Shown here piece after piece: positions 1 to 9,700 of a stretch of 64,000 bases of DNA. Under the pieces are notes generated by a model. It was not told where the DNA came from, did not search any database, and worked only from the letters and a program-made list of their open reading frames with translations. The translations under genes and the position numbers were made by a program. The stretch spans positions 18,816 to 82,815 of the forward strand of contig JAYOFO010000004.1 of assembly GCA_038117265.1 (NCBI GenBank), given 5' to 3'. This stretch comes from Rhodospirillaceae bacterium. GTDB lineage: Bacteria > Pseudomonadota > Alphaproteobacteria > UBA6615. Each line of letters begins with the position of its first letter. Position 1 is the stretch's first letter.

Positions 1-796
1 CAAGCACATCTCGACCGTGAAGGGCGGCCGGCTCGCCGCCGCGGCGGCGCCTGCGCCCGTCTTGTCGCTGATGATCTCGGACGTTCCGGGCGATGACCCG
101 TCGGTGATCGCGTCGGGTCCCACGGTGCCCGACCCCTCGACCCGTGCCGACGCGCAGGCGATCCTGGCCAAATACGGCATCGCGCCGCCCGCCAGTGTGG
201 GTGCATGGCTCGCGGGTGAAGCGGCGGAGACGCCCAAGCCCGGCGACCCGCTGTTCGACCGGGTCCGCAACGTCATCGTCGCGAAGCCCGACGAGATGCT
301 GGCTACGGCGGCGCGCGAGGCGCGTGCACGGGGCCTCGCGGTCGCGTGTCTCGGCGCCGATTTGGAGGGCGAGGCCCGCGATCTGGGCGCCGCCCATGCC
401 GCGATGGCCGTCGACATTCAGGATACGCGCAGTGCGGAGTTGCCGCTGGTGATCCTGTCGGGGGGCGAGACCACCGTCACCGTGACCGGCGACGGGCGGG
501 GCGGGCGGAATGCCGAATACGCGCTGGGCCTCGCCCGGGCGCTCGACGGCCGGCCGGGCATCCACGCCATCGCCTGCGACACCGACGGGATCGACGGCGT
601 GGAGGACAATGCCGGCGTCGTCGTTGCGCCGGACACGATCGCGCGCGCGCAGGCGAGGGGGCACACGGCGGACGATGCGCTCGCCCGGAACGATACCTAC
701 GGGTTCTTCTCGGCGATCGGGGACCTGGTGATGACGGGGCCGACATTGACCAACGTCAATGATTTTCGCGCGATCCTCGTTTATCCGCGCGGGTGA
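1..796 (+). CDS. Glycerate kinase (MOFRL family), 3' part only; the gene begins upstream of the window
   Basis: The reading frame is open from position 2 (KHISTVKGGRLAAAAAP...) through stop at 796. MOFRL-type glycerate 2-kinase C-terminal motifs are present (ILSGGETTV, IACDTDGIDG, LTNVNDFRA). Confidence 0.6.
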   Translation, partial: KHISTVKGGRLAAAAAPAPVLSLMISDVPGDDPSVIASGPTVPDPSTRADAQAILAKYGIAPPASVGAWLAGEAAETPKPGDPLFDRVRNVIVAKPDEMLATAAREARARGLAVACLGADLEGEARDLGAAHAAMAVDIQDTRSAELPLVILSGGETTVTVTGDGRGGRNAEYALGLARALDGRPGIHAIACDTDGIDGVEDNAGVVVAPDTIARAQARGHTADDALARNDTYGFFSAIGDLVMTGPTLTNVNDFRAILVYPRG

Positions 797-859
797 AGAA
801 ATGCGGTTCGTGACGGTGATGTAGGGGCATTGCCGGCGGGCCGTACGGAGGCCCAGCGC

Positions 860-2074
860 ATGTCCACCGCCGCCAGACCGGAATCCGCCGACGTCTCGCG
901 CGAAGAGGTCCTCGCGCGTGCCGAATCCCTGTTGCCAGTGATCGCCGAGCGGGCCGAGCGCGCGCGCGAGCAGCGCCGTTTGCCCGATGCCACGGTGCGC
1001 GACTTCCACGAACACGGGCTGTCCCGCTTCGTCCAGCCCAGGCGGGTCGGCGGTTACGAGCTCGACTACGGCATGCTGGTCGATGTCGCCGCCGTCTTCG
1101 CGCGCGAATGCGCCTCGAGCGGCTGGAACGTCTCGAACCTGGCGTGCCACCACTGGATGCTGGGGATGTGGCCGAAGCAGGCACAGGACGATGTCTGGGG
1201 CCCGAACGGCGAGACCTCCGACACGCTGATCTGCGCCTCGCTGATCTTTCCGGCGGGCAAGGCGACGCGCGTCGATGGCGGCTACCGGTTGAGCGGGCGC
1301 TGGCCATTCTGCTCGGGGATCGATCCCAGCGACTGGATCATGCTCGGCGCGCGGGTCGAGGCGGACGGCGATCATCCCGATTCCGAGCCGCGTATCTTCC
1401 TGGTGCGCAAGGCAGACTTCGAGGTGATCGACACCTGGCACACGCCGGGCCTGGAGGGCACCGGATCGAAGGACGCCGCGCGCGACGACCTGTTCGTGCC
1501 GGAACACATGACCGTGCCGGCCAACGGGGTGAAGGGCGGGCCGACGCCGGGCAGCGGGGTGAACCCCGGCGCGCTGTTCCAGGTGCCCGTTATCGCGCCG
1601 TTCCCCTTTGTGCTGTCGGGAACGCTGCTGGGTGTGGCGGAAGGCGTCTATGCGAAGTATGTCGGCGGCATGCGCGCGAAGTCGGGCAACTACACCGGCG
1701 CGCGCATCGCCGAGCTCCAGAACGTCCAGATCAAGGTGGCCGAGGCCGGCGCGGCGATCGACGCGGCGCGTCTGGTCATGCTGGCCGACTGCGACCTGTC
1801 GATGGAGATCGCGGCGCGGGGCGAGGCGCCGGACCTGCTGACCAAGGCGAAGTTCCGGCGCAACGGCGCCTATTCGGCGAACCTGTGCGTCGAGGCGGTC
1901 AACACGCTCTACCAGTCGAGCGGCGGGGGCGGCATCTACACCGGCAACCCGATCTCGCGGGCGTTCCGCGACATCCACGCCGCGCTTTCGCACATCGCCT
2001 TCAACATGTACGTCGCGGGCACCACGTTCGGGCGGATCGCGCTAGGCGTGGGCTTGGACATGCAGATGCTCTAG
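860..2074 (+). CDS. Flavin-dependent monooxygenase, oxygenase component (acyl-CoA dehydrogenase fold, HsaA/HpaB-like group D)
   Basis: 404 aa; N-terminus MSTAARPESADVSREEVLARAESLLPVIAERAERAREQRRLPDATVRDFHEHGL is typical of HsaA/C2-type hydroxylases. ATG at 860 is preceded by GGAGG; the track's TTG at 830 is less likely. Confidence 0.55.
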   Translation: MSTAARPESADVSREEVLARAESLLPVIAERAERAREQRRLPDATVRDFHEHGLSRFVQPRRVGGYELDYGMLVDVAAVFARECASSGWNVSNLACHHWMLGMWPKQAQDDVWGPNGETSDTLICASLIFPAGKATRVDGGYRLSGRWPFCSGIDPSDWIMLGARVEADGDHPDSEPRIFLVRKADFEVIDTWHTPGLEGTGSKDAARDDLFVPEHMTVPANGVKGGPTPGSGVNPGALFQVPVIAPFPFVLSGTLLGVAEGVYAKYVGGMRAKSGNYTGARIAELQNVQIKVAEAGAAIDAARLVMLADCDLSMEIAARGEAPDLLTKAKFRRNGAYSANLCVEAVNTLYQSSGGGGIYTGNPISRAFRDIHAALSHIAFNMYVAGTTFGRIALGVGLDMQML

Positions 2075-2095
2075 CCGGGGCGTGACGCGAACGAG

Positions 2096-2122
2096 AAAGG
2101 CCGGGCTTGCGCCCGGCCTTTT
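2096..2122. terminator. Bidirectional rho-independent terminator between convergent genes
   Basis: AAAGGCCGGGC-ttgc-GCCCGGCCTTTT hairpin with flanking A/T runs. Confidence 0.6.
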
Positions 2123-2147
2123 CGATGCACGGTTCTCGTGCGGAAGC

Positions 2148-2891
2148 CTATTCGGCCGCGGTTGCGGTGCCCTTGTTGGCCTTGCGCTTCGCCAACCAGG
2201 TCTTGATGTCGAGCTTGAAGTGCTCGTAGTAGACCTTGGGGAAGATGATCAGGATGTCGTAGAGCGCGACCCAGCCGCCCTTGAGCGTGACCGGGATGGT
2301 GATCCAGGGCGCGGCCCCGATGATCGCGATGTGCTCGTTGGTGTCGACCTTGTCGCGGTTCTGCAGCACCCGCTCGACATTGTGCGCGAACGACCAGTCG
2401 GCGCGGTAGATCACCTTGCCCTCGGGGTTGATCACATAGCAGGTGTTGGGCAGCAGGCCCCAATCGTGGTGCCACTTGCCGTCGACGGTATCGACCGCGA
2501 TCTTGCGCGCTTCCTTGTAGTCGTCGCGGTTGCGCTTGGCATACGCGATCTTCTCCTCGACGGTCGTCGCCTGCTTGGCCTTCTCGCCGGGGTGCGCCTC
2601 GCGCACATAGACGACCAGCCATTCGACGTCGGGATACTTTTCCTTGAGCTTCGCGAACGGCTTCACGTTCTTGACGTACATCGGGCAGGTCAGGCTGCCG
2701 GATTCGATCACCAGCCACTTGCCCTTGTAGTCGGCGAGCTTGACCTCGTTGCCGTCCAGATCGGTGAAGGTGTAGTCGTAATTGACCTCTTCGCCGGCCT
2801 TCGGGCCCGGGAAGTAGCCGAGCTCGTAGTTGCTCATCTTGAAGCGCGGATAGTTGTACGTTTCGCCTCGTGCCGGAGCACCCATTTCCAT
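2148..2891 (-). CDS. Thioredoxin-fold protein, iodothyronine-deiodinase-like family
   Basis: 247 aa; motif SGSLTCPMY resembles the deiodinase active-site SGSATU/CPPF. Composition is K/Y/W-rich, with a hydrophobic C-terminal segment (IAIIGAAPWITIPV...ILIIFPKVYY). RBS GAGGAGGA. Confidence 0.4.
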   Translation of the reverse strand: MEMGAPARGETYNYPRFKMSNYELGYFPGPKAGEEVNYDYTFTDLDGNEVKLADYKGKWLVIESGSLTCPMYVKNVKPFAKLKEKYPDVEWLVVYVREAHPGEKAKQATTVEEKIAYAKRNRDDYKEARKIAVDTVDGKWHHDWGLLPNTCYVINPEGKVIYRADWSFAHNVERVLQNRDKVDTNEHIAIIGAAPWITIPVTLKGGWVALYDILIIFPKVYYEHFKLDIKTWLAKRKANKGTATAAE

Positions 2892-3022
2892 TCCTCCTCG
2901 CAGACTTGTTCCCCAAAGTCCAAGATATGCGCGGATACTAACAATACTCGCGAAATTCGGGAACCGTGTTCAACGCACCGTGATCGTCTGGAATGCGCGG
3001 GCGGAGCCGACGGAATTCCGGG

Positions 3023-3802
3023 TCACACCACCGTCCAGCCGCCGTCGATGGTCAGGCTGGCGCCGGTGATCAGCTGCGAGGCCGGCGAGGCAAGGAACAC
3101 CACCGCACCGGTCACATCGGAAATCTTGCCCAGCCGGCCCATCAGGATCCGGTCCATCACGAACTGGCGGAAGTCCGGCTTCTCGAACATCGGCTTGGTC
3201 ATCGGCGTCTCGATGAAGGTCGGGCCGATGCAGTTCGAGCGGATGTTCTGCGGCGCCAGTTCGGCGGCGATCGCCTTGGACATGCCCTCGACCGCGTGCT
3301 TGGTCGTGCAGTAGTTGGTCCGGTTGGGCGAGCCCACATGGCCCATCTGCGACGACATGTGGATGATCGAGCCACCGCGCCCGCTCGCCAGCATGCGCCG
3401 GGCGGCGGCCTGGGCGACCAGGAACATCGACTTCACGTTCAGGTTCAGCAGGAAGTCGAGATGCTCCTCGCTGACGTCGACGAACGGCTCGGGGATGTTC
3501 GAGCCGGCATTGTTCATCAGGATGTCGATGCGCGCGAGGCCCTCGATCTTCTCGGTCACCTGCTTGGCGTCGGTGACGTCGCACACCAGGGTGCGGGCGG
3601 TCCCGCCGGCATCCGCGATCACGCCGGCCACCTCGTCGAGGTCGCTCTGGGTGCGGCTGACGAGCACCAGCTCGGCGCCCGCATCGGCGAGCGCGATAGC
3701 GATTCCCTGGCCCAGGCCGCGGCCGGCCCCGGTGACCACGGCGGTCAGCCCGTCGAGGCGCAGCGAGGCGATGGGCGATTCCGATGATACTGCCGAACTC
3801 AT
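3023..3802 (-). CDS. SDR family NAD(P)-dependent oxidoreductase
   Basis: TGAGRGLG Rossmann motif, NNAG, S...YxxxK (YCTTKHAVEGM). ATG at 3802 with GGGGGAGAG RBS. The 5' extension in the ORF track is rejected. Confidence 0.8.
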   Translation of the reverse strand: MSSAVSSESPIASLRLDGLTAVVTGAGRGLGQGIAIALADAGAELVLVSRTQSDLDEVAGVIADAGGTARTLVCDVTDAKQVTEKIEGLARIDILMNNAGSNIPEPFVDVSEEHLDFLLNLNVKSMFLVAQAAARRMLASGRGGSIIHMSSQMGHVGSPNRTNYCTTKHAVEGMSKAIAAELAPQNIRSNCIGPTFIETPMTKPMFEKPDFRQFVMDRILMGRLGKISDVTGAVVFLASPASQLITGASLTIDGGWTVV

Positions 3803-3956
3803 GTCGTTCGTCTCTCCCCCGGCAATGGTTGGTTCGGTGCGGCGGAATGTGTCCTTGCAATCCGAAATTGCTGCGACCATAACCGAGCCCGTTGCCGGTT
3901 GTAAGGCCGGCAGGGAGTTCACAATCCAGACCTAGAGGACAGGCGAGGTTAAACCG

Positions 3957-4973
3957 ATGGCGAAGAAAGCGACCGCCCGCAAGCCGGCGGCCAAGAAGGG
4001 CGCGAGCCGAGGCAAGAAGAAACTGCTGACCAAGGCCGATGTGCTGCGCAAGTGCAAGCAGCTCAGCAACTGGGGCAAGTGGGGCAAGAACGACGAGCTG
4101 GGCGTTCTCAACTACATCCAGCCCGAGGACATCGTCGAGGCCGCGAAGCTCATCCGCAAGGGCAAGGTGTTCCGCCTCGGCCTGAACCTCGACGAGAACG
4201 GCCCGCAGCGCGGCCTGTTCGGCGGACGCTGGAACCCGATGCACCAGATGCTCGCGACCGGCACCGATGCGGTGCAGGGCATCCAGGAGCCTCTGGCCGG
4301 CATGCGCTACGCCGACGACGCCATCAACCTGCCGACCCAGGCCGCGACCCAGTGGGACGCGCTGGCCCATGTCTTCACCGAAGACAAGATGTGGAACGGC
4401 TACGACGCGACCCTGGTCGACGTGCGCGGCGCCCACAAGAACGGCATTGAGAACTTCGCCGACAAGATGGTCGGACGCGGCGTGCTGCTCGACGTGGCGC
4501 GCTACAAGGGCAAGAAGCGCCTCGCCGACGGGTACGAGATCACCATCGAGGACCTGGAAGGCACCGCCAAGAAGCAGGGCGTCGAGGTTCGCCGCGGCGA
4601 CTTCGTGATCTTCAACACCGGCCAGATGGCCGACTGCCTCGACAAGGGCGAGTGGGGCGGATACGCCGGCGGCGATGCGCCGGGCCTGGGCTTCGACACG
4701 GTCGACTGGATCCACGCTAAGCAGATCGCCGGCATCTGTTCCGATACCTGGGGCATCGAGGTGCGTCCGAACAAGAGCGTGCCGGGCCTCAACCAGCCCT
4801 GGCACTGGGTGACCATTCCGCACATCGGCATCGTCCATGGCGAGATCTGGTATCTGCGCGAGCTGGTCGAGGACTGCAAGGAGGACGGCGTGTACGAGTT
4901 CTTCCTCTGCGCGCCGCCGCTGGTCATCACCCGCGGCACCGGCTCGCCGATCAATCCGCAGGCGATCAAGTAG
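3957..4973 (+). CDS. Cyclase family protein (PF04199-like, kynurenine formamidase/isatin hydrolase fold), paralog 1 with a Lys/Ala-rich N-terminal tail
   Basis: 338 aa; shares WGKWG...GTLN, RGVLLD, PWHWV, GSPINP blocks with the two downstream paralogs. Unique N-terminus MAKKATARKPAAKKGASRGKKKLL. RBS AGGCGAGG. Confidence 0.7.
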   Translation: MAKKATARKPAAKKGASRGKKKLLTKADVLRKCKQLSNWGKWGKNDELGVLNYIQPEDIVEAAKLIRKGKVFRLGLNLDENGPQRGLFGGRWNPMHQMLATGTDAVQGIQEPLAGMRYADDAINLPTQAATQWDALAHVFTEDKMWNGYDATLVDVRGAHKNGIENFADKMVGRGVLLDVARYKGKKRLADGYEITIEDLEGTAKKQGVEVRRGDFVIFNTGQMADCLDKGEWGGYAGGDAPGLGFDTVDWIHAKQIAGICSDTWGIEVRPNKSVPGLNQPWHWVTIPHIGIVHGEIWYLRELVEDCKEDGVYEFFLCAPPLVITRGTGSPINPQAIK

Positions 4974-5075
4974 CGCGCCTTCCACATTCGGCGTTAATAT
5001 CGACGGCGTCGCCCCATCGGGCGGCGCCGTTCGCATTCAAGCGTGCCGCAAAGGCACCGTTACGGGGGGAATTCC

Positions 5076-6041
5076 ATGCCACGACGCTATGACGAGGTGT
5101 CGCTGACGATGGCCGATCTGGAGGTCATGGCCGAGAAATGCTCGAACTGGGGCCGCTGGGGGCCCGACGACGAGATCGGCACGCTCAACTTCATCGGACC
5201 CGAAGAGCTCAAGCACGCCGCCCGCATGGTGAAGCAGGGCAAGTCGATCTCGCTGGGCCTCGAGTTCAACCAGAACGGCCCGCAGACCGGGCGGTTCCGC
5301 CGGTTCAACCCGGTTCATTCGATGCTCGCGACCGGCACGGATGCCTGTGCGGGCAAGCACACCCATCCCAACATCCAGTACGCCGACGACATGGTGACGA
5401 TGCCGCTGCAATGTGGCACCCAGTGGGACGCGCTGAGCCACATCTTCAACGACGGCAAGATGTGGAACGGCTACGACGCCTCGCTGGTCGATGCCAACGG
5501 CGCCAAGAAGAACGGCATAGAAAAGGTGAAGGCCAAGACGGTGGGGCGCGGCATCCTGCTCGACATGCCGCGCTGGGTCGGCGCCGACTCCCTCGACGAC
5601 GGCACCGCGATCACCTGCGACGATCTCGACGCCTGTGCGGCGGCACAGGGGGTCGAGGTGCGGCGCGGCGACATCGTGGTCGTGCGCACGGGCCACATGG
5701 AGCGCTGCCTGGCGAAGGGCGACTGGACCGGCTATTCGGGCGGAGACTCGCCGGGCATGGCCTTCGAGACCGCCGAATGGGCGTTCGAGAAGGAGATCGC
5801 GGCGGTCTGCACCGACACCTGGGGCTGCGAAGTGCGCCCCAACGAGATCGCCGAGGCGTTCCAGCCCTGGCACTGGGTGGTGATCCCGAAGATGGGCCTG
5901 ACCCTGGGCGAGATCTTCTATCTGAAGGACCTGGGCGATGACTGCGCCGACGACGGCGTCTACGAGTTCCTGTTCTGCGCGCCGCCGCTGCCGATCACCG
6001 GTGCGGTCGGTTCGCCCATCAATCCCATCGCGCTGAAATAG
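5076..6041 (+). CDS. Cyclase family protein, paralog 2
   Basis: Same conserved blocks as paralogs 1 and 3. ATG at 5076 preceded by GGGGGGA. Confidence 0.7.
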   Translation: MPRRYDEVSLTMADLEVMAEKCSNWGRWGPDDEIGTLNFIGPEELKHAARMVKQGKSISLGLEFNQNGPQTGRFRRFNPVHSMLATGTDACAGKHTHPNIQYADDMVTMPLQCGTQWDALSHIFNDGKMWNGYDASLVDANGAKKNGIEKVKAKTVGRGILLDMPRWVGADSLDDGTAITCDDLDACAAAQGVEVRRGDIVVVRTGHMERCLAKGDWTGYSGGDSPGMAFETAEWAFEKEIAAVCTDTWGCEVRPNEIAEAFQPWHWVVIPKMGLTLGEIFYLKDLGDDCADDGVYEFLFCAPPLPITGAVGSPINPIALK

Positions 6042-6105
6042 CGCGTTCGGCACAAACCGAGCCGGCATCCAAGGCCGGCCGCACATCAGAGAGGAAGAGC
6101 CGGTC

Positions 6106-7089
6106 ATGCATCGTCACGACGACCCGAAGCATCGCTTCGACATGGATTTGATCAAAGAGAAGTCCGAACGGAATAAGAACTGGGGCAAGTGGGGCCCCGA
6201 CGACGAGTGGGGCACCATCAACTATGTGGGCGAGGCCGAGCGCAAGGTCGCGGCCGCGCTGGTCAAGAAGGGCCAGGTCTTCTCGCTGGGCCTGAACTTC
6301 GACAAGGACGGCCCGCAGCGCGGCCTGTTCGGCGGCCGCTGGAACCCGATCCACACGATGCTGGCGACCGGCACGGATTCCGTCCAGGACATGTACAAGA
6401 TTCCGGGCAAGAAGTACGCGAACCAGTATGCCGACGACGCGATCTCGCTGCCGCTGCAGTGCGGCACCCAGTGGGACGCGCTGGGCCATGTGTTCAACCA
6501 CGGCAAGATGTGGAACGGCTACGACGCGACCCTCGTGGGTGCGCAGGGCGCCCAGAAGAACGCGATCCACAAGATGCGCGACAAGATGGTCGGCCGGGGC
6601 GTGCTGCTCGACATCGCGCGCTGGGCCGGGGTGGATTCGCTCGACGACGGCACGGCCATCGACGCCGACGATCTCGACCAGTGCGCCAAGGACCAGGGCG
6701 TCGAGATCCGGCGCGGCGACTTCGTGATCTATCGCACGGGCCAAATGGAGCGCTGCCTCTCGCAGGGCGATTGGGGCGGATATGCCGGCGGCGATGCGCC
6801 GGGCGTGTCGTTCCACACCTGCGACTGGATGCGCGACATGGAGATCGCGGCGATCTGTGCCGACACCTGGGGCTGCGAGGTCATCCCGAACGAGACCGAC
6901 GACGTGTTCCAGCCCTGGCACTGGATCGTCATCCCGCAGATCGGCATCACCATGGGCGAGATCTTCTACCTGAAGGACCTCGCCAACGATTGCGCCGAGG
7001 ACAAGGTCTACGAGTTCATGTTCGTCGCGCCGCCGCTGCCGATCACCGGCGGCGTCGGTTCGCCCATCAACCCGCAGGCCATCAAGTAA
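6106..7089 (+). CDS. Cyclase family protein, paralog 3
   Basis: 327 aa; same family blocks. RBS GAGAGGAAGAG. Confidence 0.7.
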   Translation: MHRHDDPKHRFDMDLIKEKSERNKNWGKWGPDDEWGTINYVGEAERKVAAALVKKGQVFSLGLNFDKDGPQRGLFGGRWNPIHTMLATGTDSVQDMYKIPGKKYANQYADDAISLPLQCGTQWDALGHVFNHGKMWNGYDATLVGAQGAQKNAIHKMRDKMVGRGVLLDIARWAGVDSLDDGTAIDADDLDQCAKDQGVEIRRGDFVIYRTGQMERCLSQGDWGGYAGGDAPGVSFHTCDWMRDMEIAAICADTWGCEVIPNETDDVFQPWHWIVIPQIGITMGEIFYLKDLANDCAEDKVYEFMFVAPPLPITGGVGSPINPQAIK

Positions 7090-7202
7090 ACCGGGCGAAA
7101 TTCCCGGCTGGCGGGCGGCGCGGCACCTTGCCGTTGCCGCCCGCGCTGTTTAGAAACGGGCAAATTTCACGCACACAATCCACGCATACGAGGACGAGTG
7201 AC

Positions 7203-8516
7203 ATGGCCATCGAATTCCTGAAGACGGGAATGGATTCCGATGCCTCCGACGAGGCGGATGCGAAGGTTCGCGACATCGTCGAGGACATTCTTGCCGATGT
7301 GAAGGGGCGCGGCGATGCCGCGGTGCGCGAGCTGTCAGAGAAGTTCGACAAGTGGACGCCCGAGAGCTTCCGCCTGTCGGACGCGCAGATCGCCGAACTG
7401 ATGGATTCGCTGCCCGCGCAGACGATCGAGGACATCAAGTTCGCTCAGGCCCAGGTGCGCAACTTCGCGCAGATCCAGCGGGACGCGCTGCGCGACGTCG
7501 AGGTCGAGACGCTGCCCGGCGTGACGCTGGGCCACAAGAACATCCCCGTGAACAGCGTCGGCTGCTACGTGCCGGGCGGACGCTACCCGATGGTTGCCTC
7601 GGCCCACATGTCGGTCGTGACCGCCAAGGTGGCGGGCGTGCCGCGCGTGATCGCCTGCACGCCGCCCAACGAGGGCGGCCCGCACGCCGCGACCATCGCG
7701 GCGATGCACCTGGCCGGGGCCGACGAGATCTACTGTCTGGGCGGCGTCCAGGCCGTCGCGGCGATGGGGCTGGGCACCGAGACGATCGCGGGCTGCGACA
7801 TGCTGGTCGGGCCGGGCAACGCCTATGTTGCCGAGGCCAAGCGCCAGCTCTATGGCCGGGTCGGCATCGACCTGTTCGCCGGTCCGACCGAGGTGCTGGT
7901 GATCGCCGACGACACTGCGGATGTCGAGATGGTGGTGGTCGACCTGCTCGGCCAGGCCGAGCACGGCCCGAACTCGCCGGCCGCGGTGATCACCACCTCG
8001 CGCGCGCTCGCCGAGGCGATCCCGGCCGAGATCGAGCGCCAGCTCAAGGTGTTGCCGACGGCCGATGTGGCCTCGGTCGCGTGGCGCGATTACGGCCAGA
8101 TCATCCTGTGCGACACCCGCGAGGAGATGCGCGCCGAGGCCGACCGGCTCGCCTACGAGCATGTCGAGATCCTGACCGCGGAGCCGCGCTGGTTCCTCGA
8201 CAACATGACCAATTTCGGCGCGCTGTTCATCGGGCCCGAGACCAACGTGTCGTACGGCGACAAGGTGATCGGCACCAACCACACGCTGCCGACCAAGAGC
8301 GCGTCGCGCTACACCGGCGGGCTTTGGGTCGGCAAGTTCATGAAGACCTGCACCTACCAGCAGATCACCGAAGAGGCGAGCGCGCTGGTCGGCGACTATT
8401 GCTCGCGCCTGTGCGAGGTCGAGCGCTTCTGGGGCCACAAGGAACAGGCCGACCTGCGGCTGCGCCGCTACGCCGGCCGCAACATCGGCATCGGCGCGAA
8501 CAACGCCGCGGAATAG
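7203..8516 (+). CDS. Histidinol dehydrogenase family protein (HisD-like four-electron NAD dehydrogenase; not in a his operon context)
   Basis: 437 aa; HisD-like blocks ([57 protein letters not shown]). Start MAIEFLKTG with GAGGA RBS. The track ORF 6189..8516 begins out of frame inside cyclase 3. Confidence 0.75.
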   Translation: MAIEFLKTGMDSDASDEADAKVRDIVEDILADVKGRGDAAVRELSEKFDKWTPESFRLSDAQIAELMDSLPAQTIEDIKFAQAQVRNFAQIQRDALRDVEVETLPGVTLGHKNIPVNSVGCYVPGGRYPMVASAHMSVVTAKVAGVPRVIACTPPNEGGPHAATIAAMHLAGADEIYCLGGVQAVAAMGLGTETIAGCDMLVGPGNAYVAEAKRQLYGRVGIDLFAGPTEVLVIADDTADVEMVVVDLLGQAEHGPNSPAAVITTSRALAEAIPAEIERQLKVLPTADVASVAWRDYGQIILCDTREEMRAEADRLAYEHVEILTAEPRWFLDNMTNFGALFIGPETNVSYGDKVIGTNHTLPTKSASRYTGGLWVGKFMKTCTYQQITEEASALVGDYCSRLCEVERFWGHKEQADLRLRRYAGRNIGIGANNAAE

Positions 8517-8542
8517 CACGGCGCGCATTGCGCACGGACGGG

Positions 8543-8569
8543 AAGGGCGGCCCTCGGGCCGCCCTTTTG
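8543..8569. terminator. Bidirectional rho-independent terminator (hisD-like / acoC convergent)
   Basis: AAGGGCGGCCC-tcg-GGCCGCCCTTTT. Confidence 0.6.
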
Positions 8570-8576
8570 TCATCGG

Positions 8577-9698
8577 TCAGTCGTTGGCCGCGAGGAACGC
8601 CGAGAGCAAGGCGTTTACCTGGCCGGCGCGTTCCATGTGGGCAAGGTGTCCGGTGTCGGGCAGCCGGTGGACGGCGATGCAGTCGGGCAACGCATCGGCC
8701 TGTGCGGCCGGGATCATCCGGTCGTCTTCGCCCCAGATGCACTGAACGGGAAAGCCGGCATCGGCAAGCCGGCCGGTGAAGACGGCGCGCTGCTGTCCAT
8801 CCGCGAAACCGGCCGCCACGATCCCCGCGAGTGCGGCCGGGACCCCATCGGTGCGCTTGTGGCGCAGGAAGGCCTCGATCATGTCGCGGCCGACCAGCTC
8901 GGGGTCGTGGACCAGCTGTTCGAGCGCCTGGCGCGCGCCGCGCCGGCGGTCGGCGGCGACCAGCGCGTCGAGCAGCGCGCCGTTGATCTCGGGCGCAATG
9001 CCCGCCGGCGCGATCAGCGAGAGCGAGGCGACCCGGTCGGGGTGCGCCAGCGCGAACGTGGCGCTGACCGCCGCGCCGAAGGAGTGTCCGGCGAGATGCA
9101 CGCGTGCGATCTCCACGGTGTCGAGGAAGCCGGCCAGAACGCCGGCGAACCATTCCGGACTGCCGTCCCCGACATCTTTGGTGCTGGCGCCGTGCCCGGG
9201 CAGGTCGAGCGCGAGCATGCGCCGGCCCGCGGCGATAGCTGGCTGGTTGAACATCCAGCTCTCGAGGTCGGCCGTGATGCCGTGGAGGAGGAGCAGGGGG
9301 GTGGCCGCGCCGTCGCCCTTGGCCAGGAAGTTGATGGCGCGTCCGGCAATCTCGACGGTCTGCGGGGCCGGGGCGGCGTCGGTCTCGGCCTCGGGAACGA
9401 AGCTGGCCTCGAACGCGGCGACGAATTCGTCGATCTCGGCGTCCGGCACGTCGGCGGGCGCGACGATTGCGATCAGGCCGCCCACCGGCACGGTCTGGTC
9501 CGCAGGCGCGACGTGACGGCGCAGCAGGCCGGAGATGGGGGCTTCGAAGGCGTTGTTCACCTTCTCGGTCTCGATCTCGGCGATCTCTTCGCCGGCCGCG
9601 ATCTCGTCGCCCTCCGCGGCCAGCCATTCCACGATGGTGCCCTCCTGCATGGACAGGCCCCATTTGGGCATGGTCAGCCGTTGGATGCGTGCGTCCAT
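8577..9698 (-). CDS. acoC: Acetoin dehydrogenase E2-like component (lipoyl domain fused to an alpha/beta hydrolase fold; AcoC type)
   Basis: 373 aa; N-terminal lipoyl domain MDARIQRLTMPKWGLSMQEGTIVEWL...EIETEKV, then an alpha/beta hydrolase with GHSFG nucleophile elbow. Start is 3 nt after the acoB stop. Confidence 0.65.
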   Translation of the reverse strand: MDARIQRLTMPKWGLSMQEGTIVEWLAAEGDEIAAGEEIAEIETEKVNNAFEAPISGLLRRHVAPADQTVPVGGLIAIVAPADVPDAEIDEFVAAFEASFVPEAETDAAPAPQTVEIAGRAINFLAKGDGAATPLLLLHGITADLESWMFNQPAIAAGRRMLALDLPGHGASTKDVGDGSPEWFAGVLAGFLDTVEIARVHLAGHSFGAAVSATFALAHPDRVASLSLIAPAGIAPEINGALLDALVAADRRRGARQALEQLVHDPELVGRDMIEAFLRHKRTDGVPAALAGIVAAGFADGQQRAVFTGRLADAGFPVQCIWGEDDRMIPAAQADALPDCIAVHRLPDTGHLAHMERAGQVNALLSAFLAAND

Positions 9699-9700
9699 CG

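Noticed and set aside
2970-6107. Long minus-strand ORFs (688 aa and 356 aa) antisense to the cyclase genes
   Set aside because: They are Arg/Ala/Gly-rich low-complexity translations typical of shadow ORFs in high-GC DNA. They overlap well-supported plus-strand genes with RBSs and family motifs.
6189-8516. 775-aa ORF in the track
   Set aside because: Its first roughly 338 codons overlap cyclase 3 in another frame. The real HisD-like gene starts at the ATG at 7203, which has its own RBS.
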